From: Octopus bimaculoides
Lineage: Eukaryota
Reading direction: 5' to 3'
Length of the DNA: 35,890 nucleotides
Assembly: GCF_001194135.2 (NCBI RefSeq)
Contig: NC_068985.1
Coordinates: 32,909,353 to 32,945,242 of the forward strand
This document shows, in pieces, positions 11,216-21,075 of this stretch (the first letter of the stretch is position 1; each line of letters opens with the position of its first letter). Made by a program: the position numbers and the translations under genes. The notes beneath the pieces are model-generated. The model did not search any database. It saw only the letters and a list, made by a program, of their open reading frames with translations, and had not been told where the DNA came from.

Positions 11216-11860
11216 TCGAGCTTTAAAAAAAATTTTTTTGTGGGTGTTTTTTTCTTCTTTATTTGTTTCATTAGTTTGGGTTCCTTTCTCCCTTCTCTTT
11301 CTTTTGAGTTTGACAAAGTAGTTGCTTCTATCGTTACTTCCTGTTTCTGTCTTTTGTGCCTTTTCCGTAGTATCTTCCGTGACGCTCCGGGGTTCTGTCG
11401 TCGTCTTCTTGATCTCGGTCTGGGCCTTCGCTGTAGTTTTGTCAGTCTGGCTCTCCACTGCAGTCCTCTCGGTCTGTGGTGGCTTATAGTATAGACAGTG
11501 TATTTTTATATGGCCTCTGCGTCCGCATAGGTAGCAGTTGAGTCACCTTCCCTCAACTATTACATTTAACGTGCTTTCCTCCGGTATCTCAATCTCTTCG
11601 ATGTCTTGGTGGGTGGCCTGGAGCGAAATTTCCAGGCCATATCCCCAACAGTTTACTTGTTGTGTTCTGCCAACATGCACTATTTTTGCATCTTCCTGGC
11701 TGGCAGCCATAATGACTGCTACAACTACTCTTCTTCTATTTCAGGCGGGATCCTTCCGATCCTTATTCGTGAATTCCCTCTTCCCATGTAGGTTGGCAGA
11801 AGTATTAGGTCTTCGCTTAGGAATTCATTACTTCTAGAAAAGAATAAGAGAAAATGGTCA
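11215..11860 (-). pseudogene. LINE ORF1/gag-like fragment with CCHC zinc knuckle
   Basis: Translation RIRIGRIPPEIEEE*..LNVIVEGR*LNCYLCGRRGHIKIHC (knuckle CX2CX4HX4C at 11536-11495), followed by a low-complexity T/E/K tail. The in-frame TGA is consistent with CGA deamination. Confidence 0.7.
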
Positions 11861-12079
11861 TGGCTGGAACGCCTTTTCTCTCAGATCCATTACAATCAGA
11901 GCTATCCTGTGGTTAAAACAATATTCTTCACTGAATGATGAAGCAGCTAAAGTTAAAGAAAAGTTGAAAAAATAAAAGATAGCAAGTATCCATATTTCAA
12001 ATATTGGGATTCCCTTATAAAATAATATAAACTTGCATTATTCTTTTTCTTGAAGACGGAAATTTCATTTTTCTTTTTG

Positions 12080-12400
12080 TCAGGAAGATTTGGTTGCTCT
12101 TTCTAGCAACTCGAGCGACCAAGTAAAGGCTCTCTCGTTCCCTTCGTCACTTGTTGTTTAGTCCCGGCTTGGATCTGATTGAACAGATATGATCAAAGAC
12201 GTCCCAACTGTGACCATTCCGTCTTTCTACCCAGACATAAAGGACTCTACGTGTATATCACAGGGTAGATGTTTTTCTATTCTGTATATAAAAAAAGTTT
12301 GGCTACTTTTTCTAGCAGGTCATGCAATCACATACCGGCTCCGTCGTTGGTCTGTCTCAGTAATAATTTTGTTGTTATTTAGCCTCAAATAAACTCTGAT
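12080..12400 (-). mobile_element. Degraded SINE-like repeat (family with TGCTAGAAATAGCAGCCAAATC core and (AAC)n-like tail)
   Basis: The minus strand has GACCTGCTAGAAAAAGTAGCCAAAC and GGGACTAAACAACAAG. Related cores occur at about 12860, 18160, 21910 and 32600. Confidence 0.55.
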
Positions 12401-12469
12401 ACAGCAAATCTATGTTGCTATAAAAACATCTCTGGTTATTAAAGAAAGGTTTTGTTCGGGGAGTGGACC

Positions 12470-12715
12470 TGGAAGTTGTTGTTCGCAAACAGCAGCAGTA
12501 ATTTTCTTCGGCTGAATACACGTCATTGAATGGTTAAAATTACCCAAATACGACAACTTTAACACGAAATAACTTCTATAATACAAAATTTTGTCAAAAA
12601 TGTAAGAGTAAACCCTGTTCTATGTGACACATTCTGCCAGTATCTGAAGTTTCAAAGTGCTTAGTTAAAAAAAAATAATGAAAAAATCTGTCGGTCAGAT
12701 TGAAAAGATCCGACG
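12470..12715 (+). repeat. Unclassified dispersed repeat (copy 2)
   Basis: Similar to 5650-5885 along its length. Confidence 0.7.
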
Positions 12716-12759
12716 GGGATGCTAAATGATTTACAATATTTAGTTTTTGCAATCTACTT

Positions 12760-13035
12760 AGTGTCGGTCAAAATACTTTGCCGCAACATTCTGAGTAAGA
12801 ATCCAACTTTGCTTCAAGTCAACAACGAAGGCGCTTCTTACTTTTATAAATTGCTCGACCTGTTGGAAATAGCAACCAAATCTTCCACAAATCTCATTCT
12901 ACCCGGTTGAAAATGGTAATTCACATTGGACAATGAAGTTCAGTTATTCAAAAGACGGCATAATTATAGTTAAAATGCTTTTATTCACAGGTCTGCTGGA
13001 TCAGAGTTGACTTGGGGTTTGAACAACAACAGTAA
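12760..13035 (+). mobile_element. Degraded SINE-like repeat (same core family)
   Basis: GACCTGTTGGAAATAGCAACCAAATC core and TCAGAGTTGACTTGGGGTTTGAACAACAAC tail. Confidence 0.55.
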
Positions 13036-13580
13036 CTTCAATTTCGAGAAGATAATTAATAACATACTGTATTAATTCAATTAACTATGAAGCAAATAAT
13101 CTAGATGATAATTTATTGATGATAGGTCATTTATTCAACCCTGCTTCTGGCAATTCAAAACTTTAATTTATATTGCTTCATTTACTATGATACCAGATCA
13201 ATATGCTTCACACACAAACCAGAATTCATCTGTTTTCGTTCAGGTCAAAGTTCACATGCTATTGTTTTTATTCAGTGCTGATTGAACAATTTTATGACCG
13301 AAGACTTTCCAGCCATGGCCATCACATTCTTCGCCGGTGTTGTGCATTTAGGACTTCATTAATCAGTTCATTCTCACTTTATTAAGACGGTAGCGTATGA
13401 TTTGCGAGGAAATATAGTTACTATTCCTGGCAGGTCAAGTAACCGAATAGATACTTCCTTGTTGGCATCTTGACTTTCATTTTGATTACAGACATCGTGC
13501 GATGGCTGGTGTGCTTTACAATATTTTTATCCGACTACCATCTTTGTCGAGTTTGATTTTCATCTCTGAGAATATTTCCT

Positions 13581-13805
13581 TTAACCCTTTAACAATCAGA
13601 TTACTCTATCAAATGTAATGCTTATTTATTCACATTGTTTCGAATTAATCATGCATCATCTCGTAGATTTGAGATATTGATGTGATTGCCTATTTTTAGA
13701 ATGACATTACATGGTTGCAGTGAAAAGTTGGCTCAGGCTAGTTCGAGCATAAAACGATTAGAATTTTTGGGCCATGCATGGCCAGTTTAAACGCTAAAGG
13801 GTTAA
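13581..13805. mobile_element. piggyBac-like MITE (copy 1)
   Basis: TTAA|CCCTTTAAC ... GCTAAAGGG|TTAA: TTAA TSDs with CCC-starting short TIRs. A second copy lies at 31868-32093. Confidence 0.8.
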
Positions 13806-14032
13806 TATAGTCAATTACCAGGGGTTTATCTTCCTTTGAAAGATTCTGACAATTGAGTTACGTATACAGGCCTATATTATAAAATTAACCGTATCAAAAG
13901 AAATCAATCAATGATTTTGAATCAACTCCAAGTTTTCATAAAATTTATAATCTATTGCTGAATAAAAATACACCATTTGTAGCAGATCGTCGCCTCTATT
14001 TGAATCTGGAACGTGGGTTCTTTTCTAGTTAA

Positions 14033-14143
14033 GGCGCAGGCGTGGCTGTGTGGTAAGAAGCTTGCTTCCCAACCTCATGGTTCAGGGTTCAGTCCCACTG
14101 CGTGGCACATTGAGCAAATGTCTTCTACTTTAGCCTTGAGCTG
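14033..14143 (+). mobile_element. tRNA-derived SINE 5' head (3'-truncated)
   Basis: A-box-like TGGCTGTGTGG and B-box-like GGTTCAGTCCC, followed by GAGCAAATGTCTTCTACT. Confidence 0.8.
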
Positions 14144-14374
14144 ATTGTCGCGTACAAAACATGATTTTAACAATAAACAGATAATGCATCGAAAACGAAT
14201 GACTGCATTTTTTATTCATCTCATCTTTAATAAGGTGACAACTCCATTCATCTTATTGTTAAACATTACATTATGGTTGAGCATTGTGTTGTTTTACTAA
14301 TTTTAATTCAGAAAGTATTCCCACATCGCTGGACCCAGACACGATATGTCAAAAATGTTGGTAGATATATATAT

Positions 14375-14530
14375 GAAAGGAAGGGAACCAGCAGACTTGT
14401 TATAGCACCAGACAAAATGTTTAGCGGCGTTTCGTCCGTCTCTACGTTCTGAGTTCAAATTCCGCCGAGCTCGACTTTATTCTTTCGGGGTCTATAAAAT
14501 AAGTACCGGTTGAGTACTAGGGTGGATTCT
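14375..14530 (+). mobile_element. SINE family A, degraded copy
   Basis: TTAGCGGCGTTTCGTCCG..TTCTGAGTTCAAATTCCGCCGAG..TTTCGGGGTC..AAGTACC, matching the reverse complement of 18286-18559. Confidence 0.8.
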
Positions 14531-14984
14531 GATTTTTTTCTGCAATGAATTTTACATCTCTCCTAAAATCTATCGCTACGATTGTCATTACAAAGTTGTG
14601 AGCAACACATTCCGAAACACTATCCTCATTAATTCCTCTGGCACTGAATTTTAAACCTAATTTAAGTGCAAGAGTTGCACATCGTTACTTACATTGATTT
14701 TAGATTTAAGTACTTCATAATTTGTTTTAAGTTGGCTTCGCGTTATCACTATAGGAAAGTAGTTATACACCATTAGGTGTACACCCGCTTTCCTATATTA
14801 AATTCAAAAGAAACAACGTAACGCTGACTCTGAACTATCAACACAACAATATTTATTTAAGGAGGAAATAGGCATGGTTGCTGAGACGTTGGAATGCTGG
14901 AGAGAAAGCTTGACCCGTCCATGCTCATGGCCGGCCGACCGAGAAAGAGAATGAAAAGAGCGGGAACGTTTTAGATGTTGAATT

Positions 14985-15100
14985 CCACGCATGTGCATGA
15001 GACTCTTCCTGTGTTCCTTCCGGAACTATTCCCTGCGCATGCGTGGATAAAAACGCAGTAATGGCGACTGTATTTTGGCGCCAAATGACGTCACTACATC
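14985..15100. promoter_or_regulatory. Candidate TATA-less housekeeping/cell-cycle-type promoter motif cluster
   Basis: ETS-like CTTCCGG 15017-15023, NRF1-like TGCGCATGCG 15034-15043, YY1-like AATGGCG 15060-15066, palindromic E2F-like TTTGGCGCCAAA 15074-15085 and CRE TGACGTCA 15086-15093, in a locally CpG-rich, apparently non-repeat patch. Confidence 0.5.
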
Positions 15101-15114
15101 ATTGTTTATTTCTT

Positions 15115-15432
15115 TCCGTCGGTTGTGACGACGAGGGTTCCAGTTGATCCGATCAACAGGACAACCTGTTCATGAAATTAACGTCCATGTGGCTGAGCAC
15201 CCTACAGATACGTGTACCCATAGCGTGGTTCTCAGGGAGATTCAGAGTGACACTGAGTGTGACAAGGCTGGCCCTTTGAAATACAGTTACTACTCATTTT
15301 TGCCAGGTGGGTAGACAAGAGCAACGTGAAATAAAGTATCTTGCTCAAGTACATAACGCGCCGCTGGGAATTGAACTCACGACCTTACGATCGTGTGCCG
15401 AACTCCCTAACCACTAAGCCACGCGCCTTCAC
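15115..15432 (-). mobile_element. Near full-length tRNA-derived SINE
   Basis: The minus strand begins GTGAAGGCGCGTGGCTTAGTGG (A box) and has GAGTTCAATTCCC (B box), then TGAGCAAGATACTTTATTTCAC and a body ending GGAACCCTCGTCGTCACAACCGACGG. Confidence 0.88.
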
Positions 15433-16044
15433 GTTCGATTCTTTATATATGTATTAACAGGAAATTCAAAGATTTTTAGTTACTAGGTATGACATCAAAA
15501 ATAAGCTGTAGATAATTTTTCATTTAAATATCAACAGAGAAAAATAGATTTCATCGGATATTGCTGGTAAAACGATGCAGCAGTAATTCCACAGCACCTG
15601 GTTTGACATTACAGATTAACTATAGGATTCAAATATAGAAAATTTTAGATTATTGATTTGAATCATCAAGTTTGCATGAATGTGTTCGAGAATATATACA
15701 AGAGTTGTTCTGTTTTACCAAGTCAGTTAATGTATCTAGAAAATGTTGCGGTTAATAGAATAATTTGTGTTGAAGCAGGTAAATAGCCAACACGAGGAAA
15801 TGTCAGTTAGATGCACGTACATTTACTGGCAGAAACACTGTAGAGGTTAGACCGAGGTAGACATCAACTGCTTTCAAGAGAGAGAACAAAATAATATCTG
15901 GCACATAACTGCTGCCAATAAAAATCAAAAATGGCAAGTAAACAGAGACAGACTGACATAAACAGAGAGAAATAGATAGATAGATAGATAGAAAGAGGGG
16001 GATTAACTTTTCCATTGCCTTTATAGAAAAAGTAGGCTCTACAG

Positions 16045-16110
16045 ACTAGTAGTCTCTGATTGGTCAAAACATCATGTTACAAAACGGAAATGGCGCTGCT
16101 GCATATTTCA
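16045..16110 (+). promoter_or_regulatory. Second candidate promoter-like motif patch
   Basis: Inverted CCAAT (ATTGG 16059-16063) and overlapping ETS/YY1-like CGGAAATGGCG (16085-16095) containing an ATG. Confidence 0.3.
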
Positions 16111-17369
16111 CTCGAACAAAACTTTTCTTTGATGTAATGTCTCCTTTATAGTTCATATATTCATTTTCCTGAGAATACCTAAACCAGTCTCTTATTCGTC
16201 GAATTCAGATGAAATTTTCCAATATTTCATTTCTACTTATATTCAAGTACTCCTTTTCCTTTAGTATTTGAAATCCAGATGTTATTTCGTTGTAAAGATG
16301 CGAGGTATCTTTTAAATTACAAACTTGAGAATATATTTATAAGCTTGTTCAAAACAAAATTCTCTTTTAATATTTAATTTGTCTACAAATATTTTTCCTG
16401 TGAATTTCTTCACTTCAATAATAGAAATGTCTACTACGTAATTTAAAATTGTACTTTATAAAATGTTTCAGTCGTAGTAGTTACATATTAAATGAAAGAT
16501 TTCGCAATTTTTTGTTTTTCATGTTTTCCTCTTTTCTGAGTAAATTTTATTTAATGAAAAAGAATCTTACTGCTTCGAATAAAAATGTTAGTGCAAAAAA
16601 TGTTCTAATTATATTTGATTATTAATTCTTAAGATTAAGCATTATTCATTTATAAAAAAAAAATCTGTTTTACATCTACAGTTTTACTCTGCGGAATAGC
16701 TTAAAGCATTCTTCACCTCAAGAGTTTCCTGTACACATTGCATATAGCTGTTAATTTCCGACAAAGCCAGTCAGTTTATTTCTTTTATATAATTTATCAC
16801 TACTTCAAAGTCATCAGCTTAGATTTAGAGGTTGTGGAGCAATAAATCACAGATCAAGAAAATTAATAGCAATGCTTTTCTATATTACGTTCTTAATTTT
16901 CTTGTATTAATGTCTGACCTCTATAAACAAAATTATACTTGCGCAAAAACTCAAATTCGTTATTGCTTATAAGAAATTCCCAACATTGAGTTAAAGTCAA
17001 ATGCTTCGAAAAAGATGGTCACATCAAACAATGTACCAACCACAGCTTTTAACTTAATGATTCGAAAGTAGCTAACATTCGGTAAATGTTTATTTCTTAA
17101 TAAATTACTTGTTTTCGTACGGTTTAATATTGCCATGATGTTTACATATATGTAGGGTCTCCACCGGTCAAAGTTATCCATACATGTGCATGTGCCTACC
17201 TGGGCAAGAAATTTTGAGGAAAACTGACATTAGTATGTGCATATGATTTCTCTCTCTCCACGACACCGATATTTATCCAATTAAAAGGCCATCAACTGAA
17301 GCCGATGCAGTTTGGTATTAGTGTCTTTGCCGGCGTTACTTTCACATCTCACCTGAGCCTCTAATAGTT

Positions 17370-17530
17370 CCGCCAAATCCACTGCCTTGAATCGATACTT
17401 TATTTGTCGGTACTTAAATGATGAAGGACAACAGTTAACCACAGCGGGATTTGAATTCAGAACTAAGAAAATCGCAACAAATAATATGAGGCATTCTTTC
17501 TATCGCTGTTATGACTCTGCTATTTCGCTG
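17370..17530 (-). mobile_element. SINE family A, old degraded copy
   Basis: The minus strand has GGCAGCGAAATAGCAGAGTC..TTCTGAATTCAAATCCCGC..AAATAAGTATC. Confidence 0.55.
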
Positions 17531-17602
17531 CCTTATGATGGTGTTTACAATGAGGAGTTTATGATTAAAATCACAAAGACGAAACAGATATTTAGATATT
17601 AG

Positions 17603-17812
17603 TTTCAAATTGTGGCACAAGACCAGCAATTTTGGGAAAGGTGTTAGTCAATTACATCGACCTCAGTGCTCAAACTGGTACTTATTTTATCGATTCCGAA
17701 AGGATGAAAGGCAAAGTGGACCTCGGCGGGATTTGAACTCAACGTAAAGACATACGAAATGCCGCTAAGCATCTTTTCCGGAGTGCTAACGACTCTATCA
17801 GCTCGCCGCTTT
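17603..17812 (-). mobile_element. SINE family A, full length
   Basis: Matches the family A consensus. Flanked by a 20-bp direct repeat AACA(G/A)ATATTTAGATATTAG (17583-17602 / 17815-17834, 19/20 identical). Confidence 0.88.
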
Positions 17813-18019
17813 AAAACAAATATTTAGATATTAGAATTATACATCAAATTCAAGAACATTTTAAAGATCCAAATTCAATAATTAATCTCATCTCTCCTAC
17901 CCACCTTTCTACATGAAATATAATTTCCAATTCAAGATGACAAATTTCATAAAAGTTTGTTCGAACCCACATCGTTTTAAATTTTTATTCATGTTATTTT
18001 TTGTTTATTATTTAGTCTG

Positions 18020-18250
18020 TGATACGAGTAGACTTATCTATCATAAGAATTTCAACTATAATCATTCCGTTTTCTTTCAAACACTTAGCTAATCTCGGAT
18101 CATATTTTCCAGTGTGTTCTTTTGCCTTTAAGACAGTAGAGTATAGTTTGAAGGAGATGTCGCTGCTGTTTCAAGCAGATTCTTCATTGCCTCATTTATT
18201 CATTTTGTATTTCCTTGGCTATATATTCTCCGACCATCCTCTTTGTTGAA
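18020..18250 (-). mobile_element. Degraded SINE-like repeat (TGCTAGAAATAGCAGCC core family)
   Basis: Minus strand ATCTGCTTGAAACAGCAGCGACATCTCCTTCAAAC..ACTGTCTTAAAG. Confidence 0.5.
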
Positions 18251-18285
18251 CTAGCGTCGAACCCATGAGCACTCATTGTAATATA

Positions 18286-18559
18286 GTCATTTCTACTCTA
18301 GGCACAAGGTTCGAAATTTTGGTGGAGGGAGTCAGTCGATTAGATCGACCCAGTACGCAACTGGTACTTAATTTATCGACTCCGAAAGGATGAAATGCAA
18401 AGTCGACCTCGGCGGAATTTGAACTCACAACGTAACGGNNNNNNNNNNATGAAATGCAAAGTCGACCTCGGCGGAATTTGAACTCACAACGTAACGGCAG
18501 ACGAAATACCGCTAAGCATTTCGCCCGGTGTGCTAACGTTTCTGCCAGCTCGCCGCCTT
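18286..18559 (-). mobile_element. SINE family A, young full-length copy
   Basis: Perfect 14-bp TSD CTCATTGTAATATA (18272-18285 / 18560-18573). Contains a 10-N gap (18439-18448) with duplicated flanks. Confidence 0.92.
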
Positions 18560-19060
18560 CTCATTGTAATATATTAGCTTATTTATTAGCTTCACCTGGC
18601 CAGTAAAAGTAAAATCGCCCCCCTTTGCTTCTTCAGTCACAGGTGTGTTTGATATTTTGACTCACATATTTATCCATTTAAAAGTTTAGTGTCTTGGTAT
18701 TTGTAACTTATTTGATGTTCAATAGAGCTGGCCCAATTTTGTTGTGAATTATATTGCTTAGTTGATATTTATAGGTTTCGACTGCTTCAAGATCCTAATT
18801 TTGCTTTACTTTTTTAAAAGCTTGTTCGGGATAGGGAAGAAACATTGAAGTGGAATTTTATATTTTTTATATTATAATTAAAATTAAGCATTCTTGGTCA
18901 CCATTAGGGGTAATTAGAAAATTTGAATTATTCTCATACGTAGTCCAGAACAACTTGCACTAAATTAAGTCAAGTAAAATAATACATTGTAAATGCCAGG
19001 AGTTCTTCGTAAATACAAATATAATGACTTTTTTTAAAATTAAAATTACTAACATGTATT

Positions 19061-19091
<31 letters not shown>

Positions 19092-19884
19092 AAAAGTAGC
19101 GCAACTTTATTCGCCACACGAAATAGGTTAAGTAATTCAATTAGTGCATTTTATTTATTAACAAAATTTATATTTATCGCTAACTTTATAAAAGAAGATA
19201 GATCTATTTTATTCAACTCGATATAAAATTTGTGTCGGGGCTAAACAACACGAGATATCCCCCCACCCCACCCCTCCAAATTTTAATTGATCGAAGGAAA
19301 AAGTAGTACTTCCAAATGTCTAAACTAATTTCAGTTCATTTGATAGGGTATTTGCTGTACTAGCTTAAAAAATAAAAGAAAAAAATTTAGAAAGAAATAT
19401 CTTTTGTTATAAATGATTTGAATAGACAATTCATTCTCATGCCAGATTAGCCATATTAATGAAATGTTGCAACATATTCTGCTCGTTACTTATTGATACA
19501 CCCAAATCTTTACTGTATTTAGGTTTGTACTTCCATTAATATATGTTATCTGCTTTACTGGCTTCTAGTCTAGAGATACTTCATAATTTCACTCATTTGG
19601 TTAAGCCGTGATGATTTCTGTTTCCATTATAAAAGAAATATCTCCGATGAAACTTTGGCCACTGCTTCTTTCAGTTTTTAGTCCTCCTGAGCAGTTTTAT
19701 AGGAGACAAGGAAAAGAGTAGCGTTTATCCTCGAACAAGATAACCTTTATGTCAATGGTATTTTAACATGGGACACATCCACTCCCAGAGGAGATACGAG
19801 AACCAATAGTTGGAGAGATGAGGAAGCAGTACCAATTTGTTTCAGTTAACAGTATATACAACTATTAATAATTAGCACATCCAA

Positions 19885-21075
19885 AGGCAGCGAGCAGGCG
19901 GAATCATTAGCGCCAAGCAAAATGTTTAGCGGCATTTCTTCCGTCTTCATGTTCTGAGTTCAAATTCCACTGAGGTCGATTTCGCTTTTCATTTGTAGTG
20001 AAACCACCTCTCTCACGGTTATTTTTTTACAAATGCGAACGTAGCAGGTAACATCTCTTTCCCGCCTTGCACCCGGCTGTTGTCCATCACCTGACTGACT
20101 TCTTATTTGCGCGGCATTTGTCTCCAGTCCTTTCGCGCCAGGGTGCAAACCGACCAATCGTGGCCATCTAATAAGGTCACGTGAGAGAGTGTTTTTCTGA
20201 TCTTTCTGGAGCCTCTATTTGCCTATAAATAGCCTGCTTTATACGCGCCAATTTGTCACGGCTTCAGCCCTTTTGAGGTCTGGTCGTAGACCACACGTGA
20301 CACCAACCAGCCAGTTTCCAGCGACGACATCAACACCATCGTTCAACTGTTTACTACAAGTTTCCCCAACGTCAACACGACTACTCTACGTACACAAGCT
20401 ACCAACAGCAACCGCAGCTTCTCAACCCTGTTTGTGTGAATTGTTCACCACGAAATAACAACCAGAATTCGACACCTACGAGAAACCATCTGTATCAAGT
20501 AGCCCGGCCCGGCATAGAAGCTTCAACTGCACGACATGTGACTTAGCTCTGCCTCAACGCCTTAACCTCTTATATACAGACTTTCAAATCTACTGTGTAC
20601 TTTAACTGAGAACTGGTATTTTCTTATCCGTGTTACAGACTCTTATCTATGCTCTGTATCTCTTGCATTCACATACATATATTTGTATACACACTCTTTG
20701 TTTACATGACGGCCTGTCTTACATTGTGTTTTATTATGTCGCATTCACACTCACACACAGACATACAGTTTAATGCTCTAATAAACCTTACTGTTATACA
20801 TCTTTACCGGTTGACTCCCCATCTTTTCCTTACTGGCATTTCCTAGTTCTCTTATATTATAGTATTATAACATATTATATATTTTGTGTCGACCGTGCGA
20901 CGCGTTAAAAGGAGCCTGTTTCCATTCGTCACCATTTCTCCTTTGGTTCGCACGGTCGTCTACACATTCTTTCGAAATCGATAAAATAAGTACCAGTTGA
21001 ACACTGAGGTTGATGTAATCAACCTAACCACCCCCACCCCATGAAATTTCTAGCCTTGTGCCAAAATCTGAAACC
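19885..21075 (+). mobile_element. SINE family A split by a solo LTR
   Basis: 5' half at 19885-19993 and 3' half at 20965-21075 rejoin into the family consensus. Perfect 18-bp TSD AATAATTAGCACATCCAA at 19867-19884 and 21076-21093. Confidence 0.9.
19994..20964 (+). mobile_element. Solo LTR (Gypsy-like, 971 bp)
   Basis: Termini TGTAG...CTACA with 4-bp TSD CATT (19990-19993 / 20965-20968). TATAAAT at 20224-20230 and AATAAA at 20780-20785 suggest + orientation. Confidence 0.88.

Noticed and set aside
13200-13575. Possible RTE fragment on the minus strand (GNILRDENQTRQRW)
   Set aside because: A single short motif with no co-linear continuation.
14033-14105. tRNA-like sequence; the same applies to 15360-15432
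   Set aside because: A and B boxes are present, but the sequence continues into SINE body and I could not fold a proper cloverleaf. These are SINE heads, not tRNA genes.
17200-17400. Strong minus-strand donor sites (CAG|GTGAGA at 17353 and CAG|GTAGGC at 17200)
   Set aside because: The upstream sequence of the first is a SINE remnant, and all frames upstream of the second contain stops.
18390-18497. Apparent 49-bp tandem duplication inside a SINE
   Set aside because: The two copies are identical and sit either side of a 10-N gap, so this is an unmerged contig overlap.
19701-19757. Possible plus-strand exon ETRKRVAFILEQDNLYVN with faint ABCG-like resemblance
   Set aside because: Too short, weak similarity and no supporting neighbouring exons.
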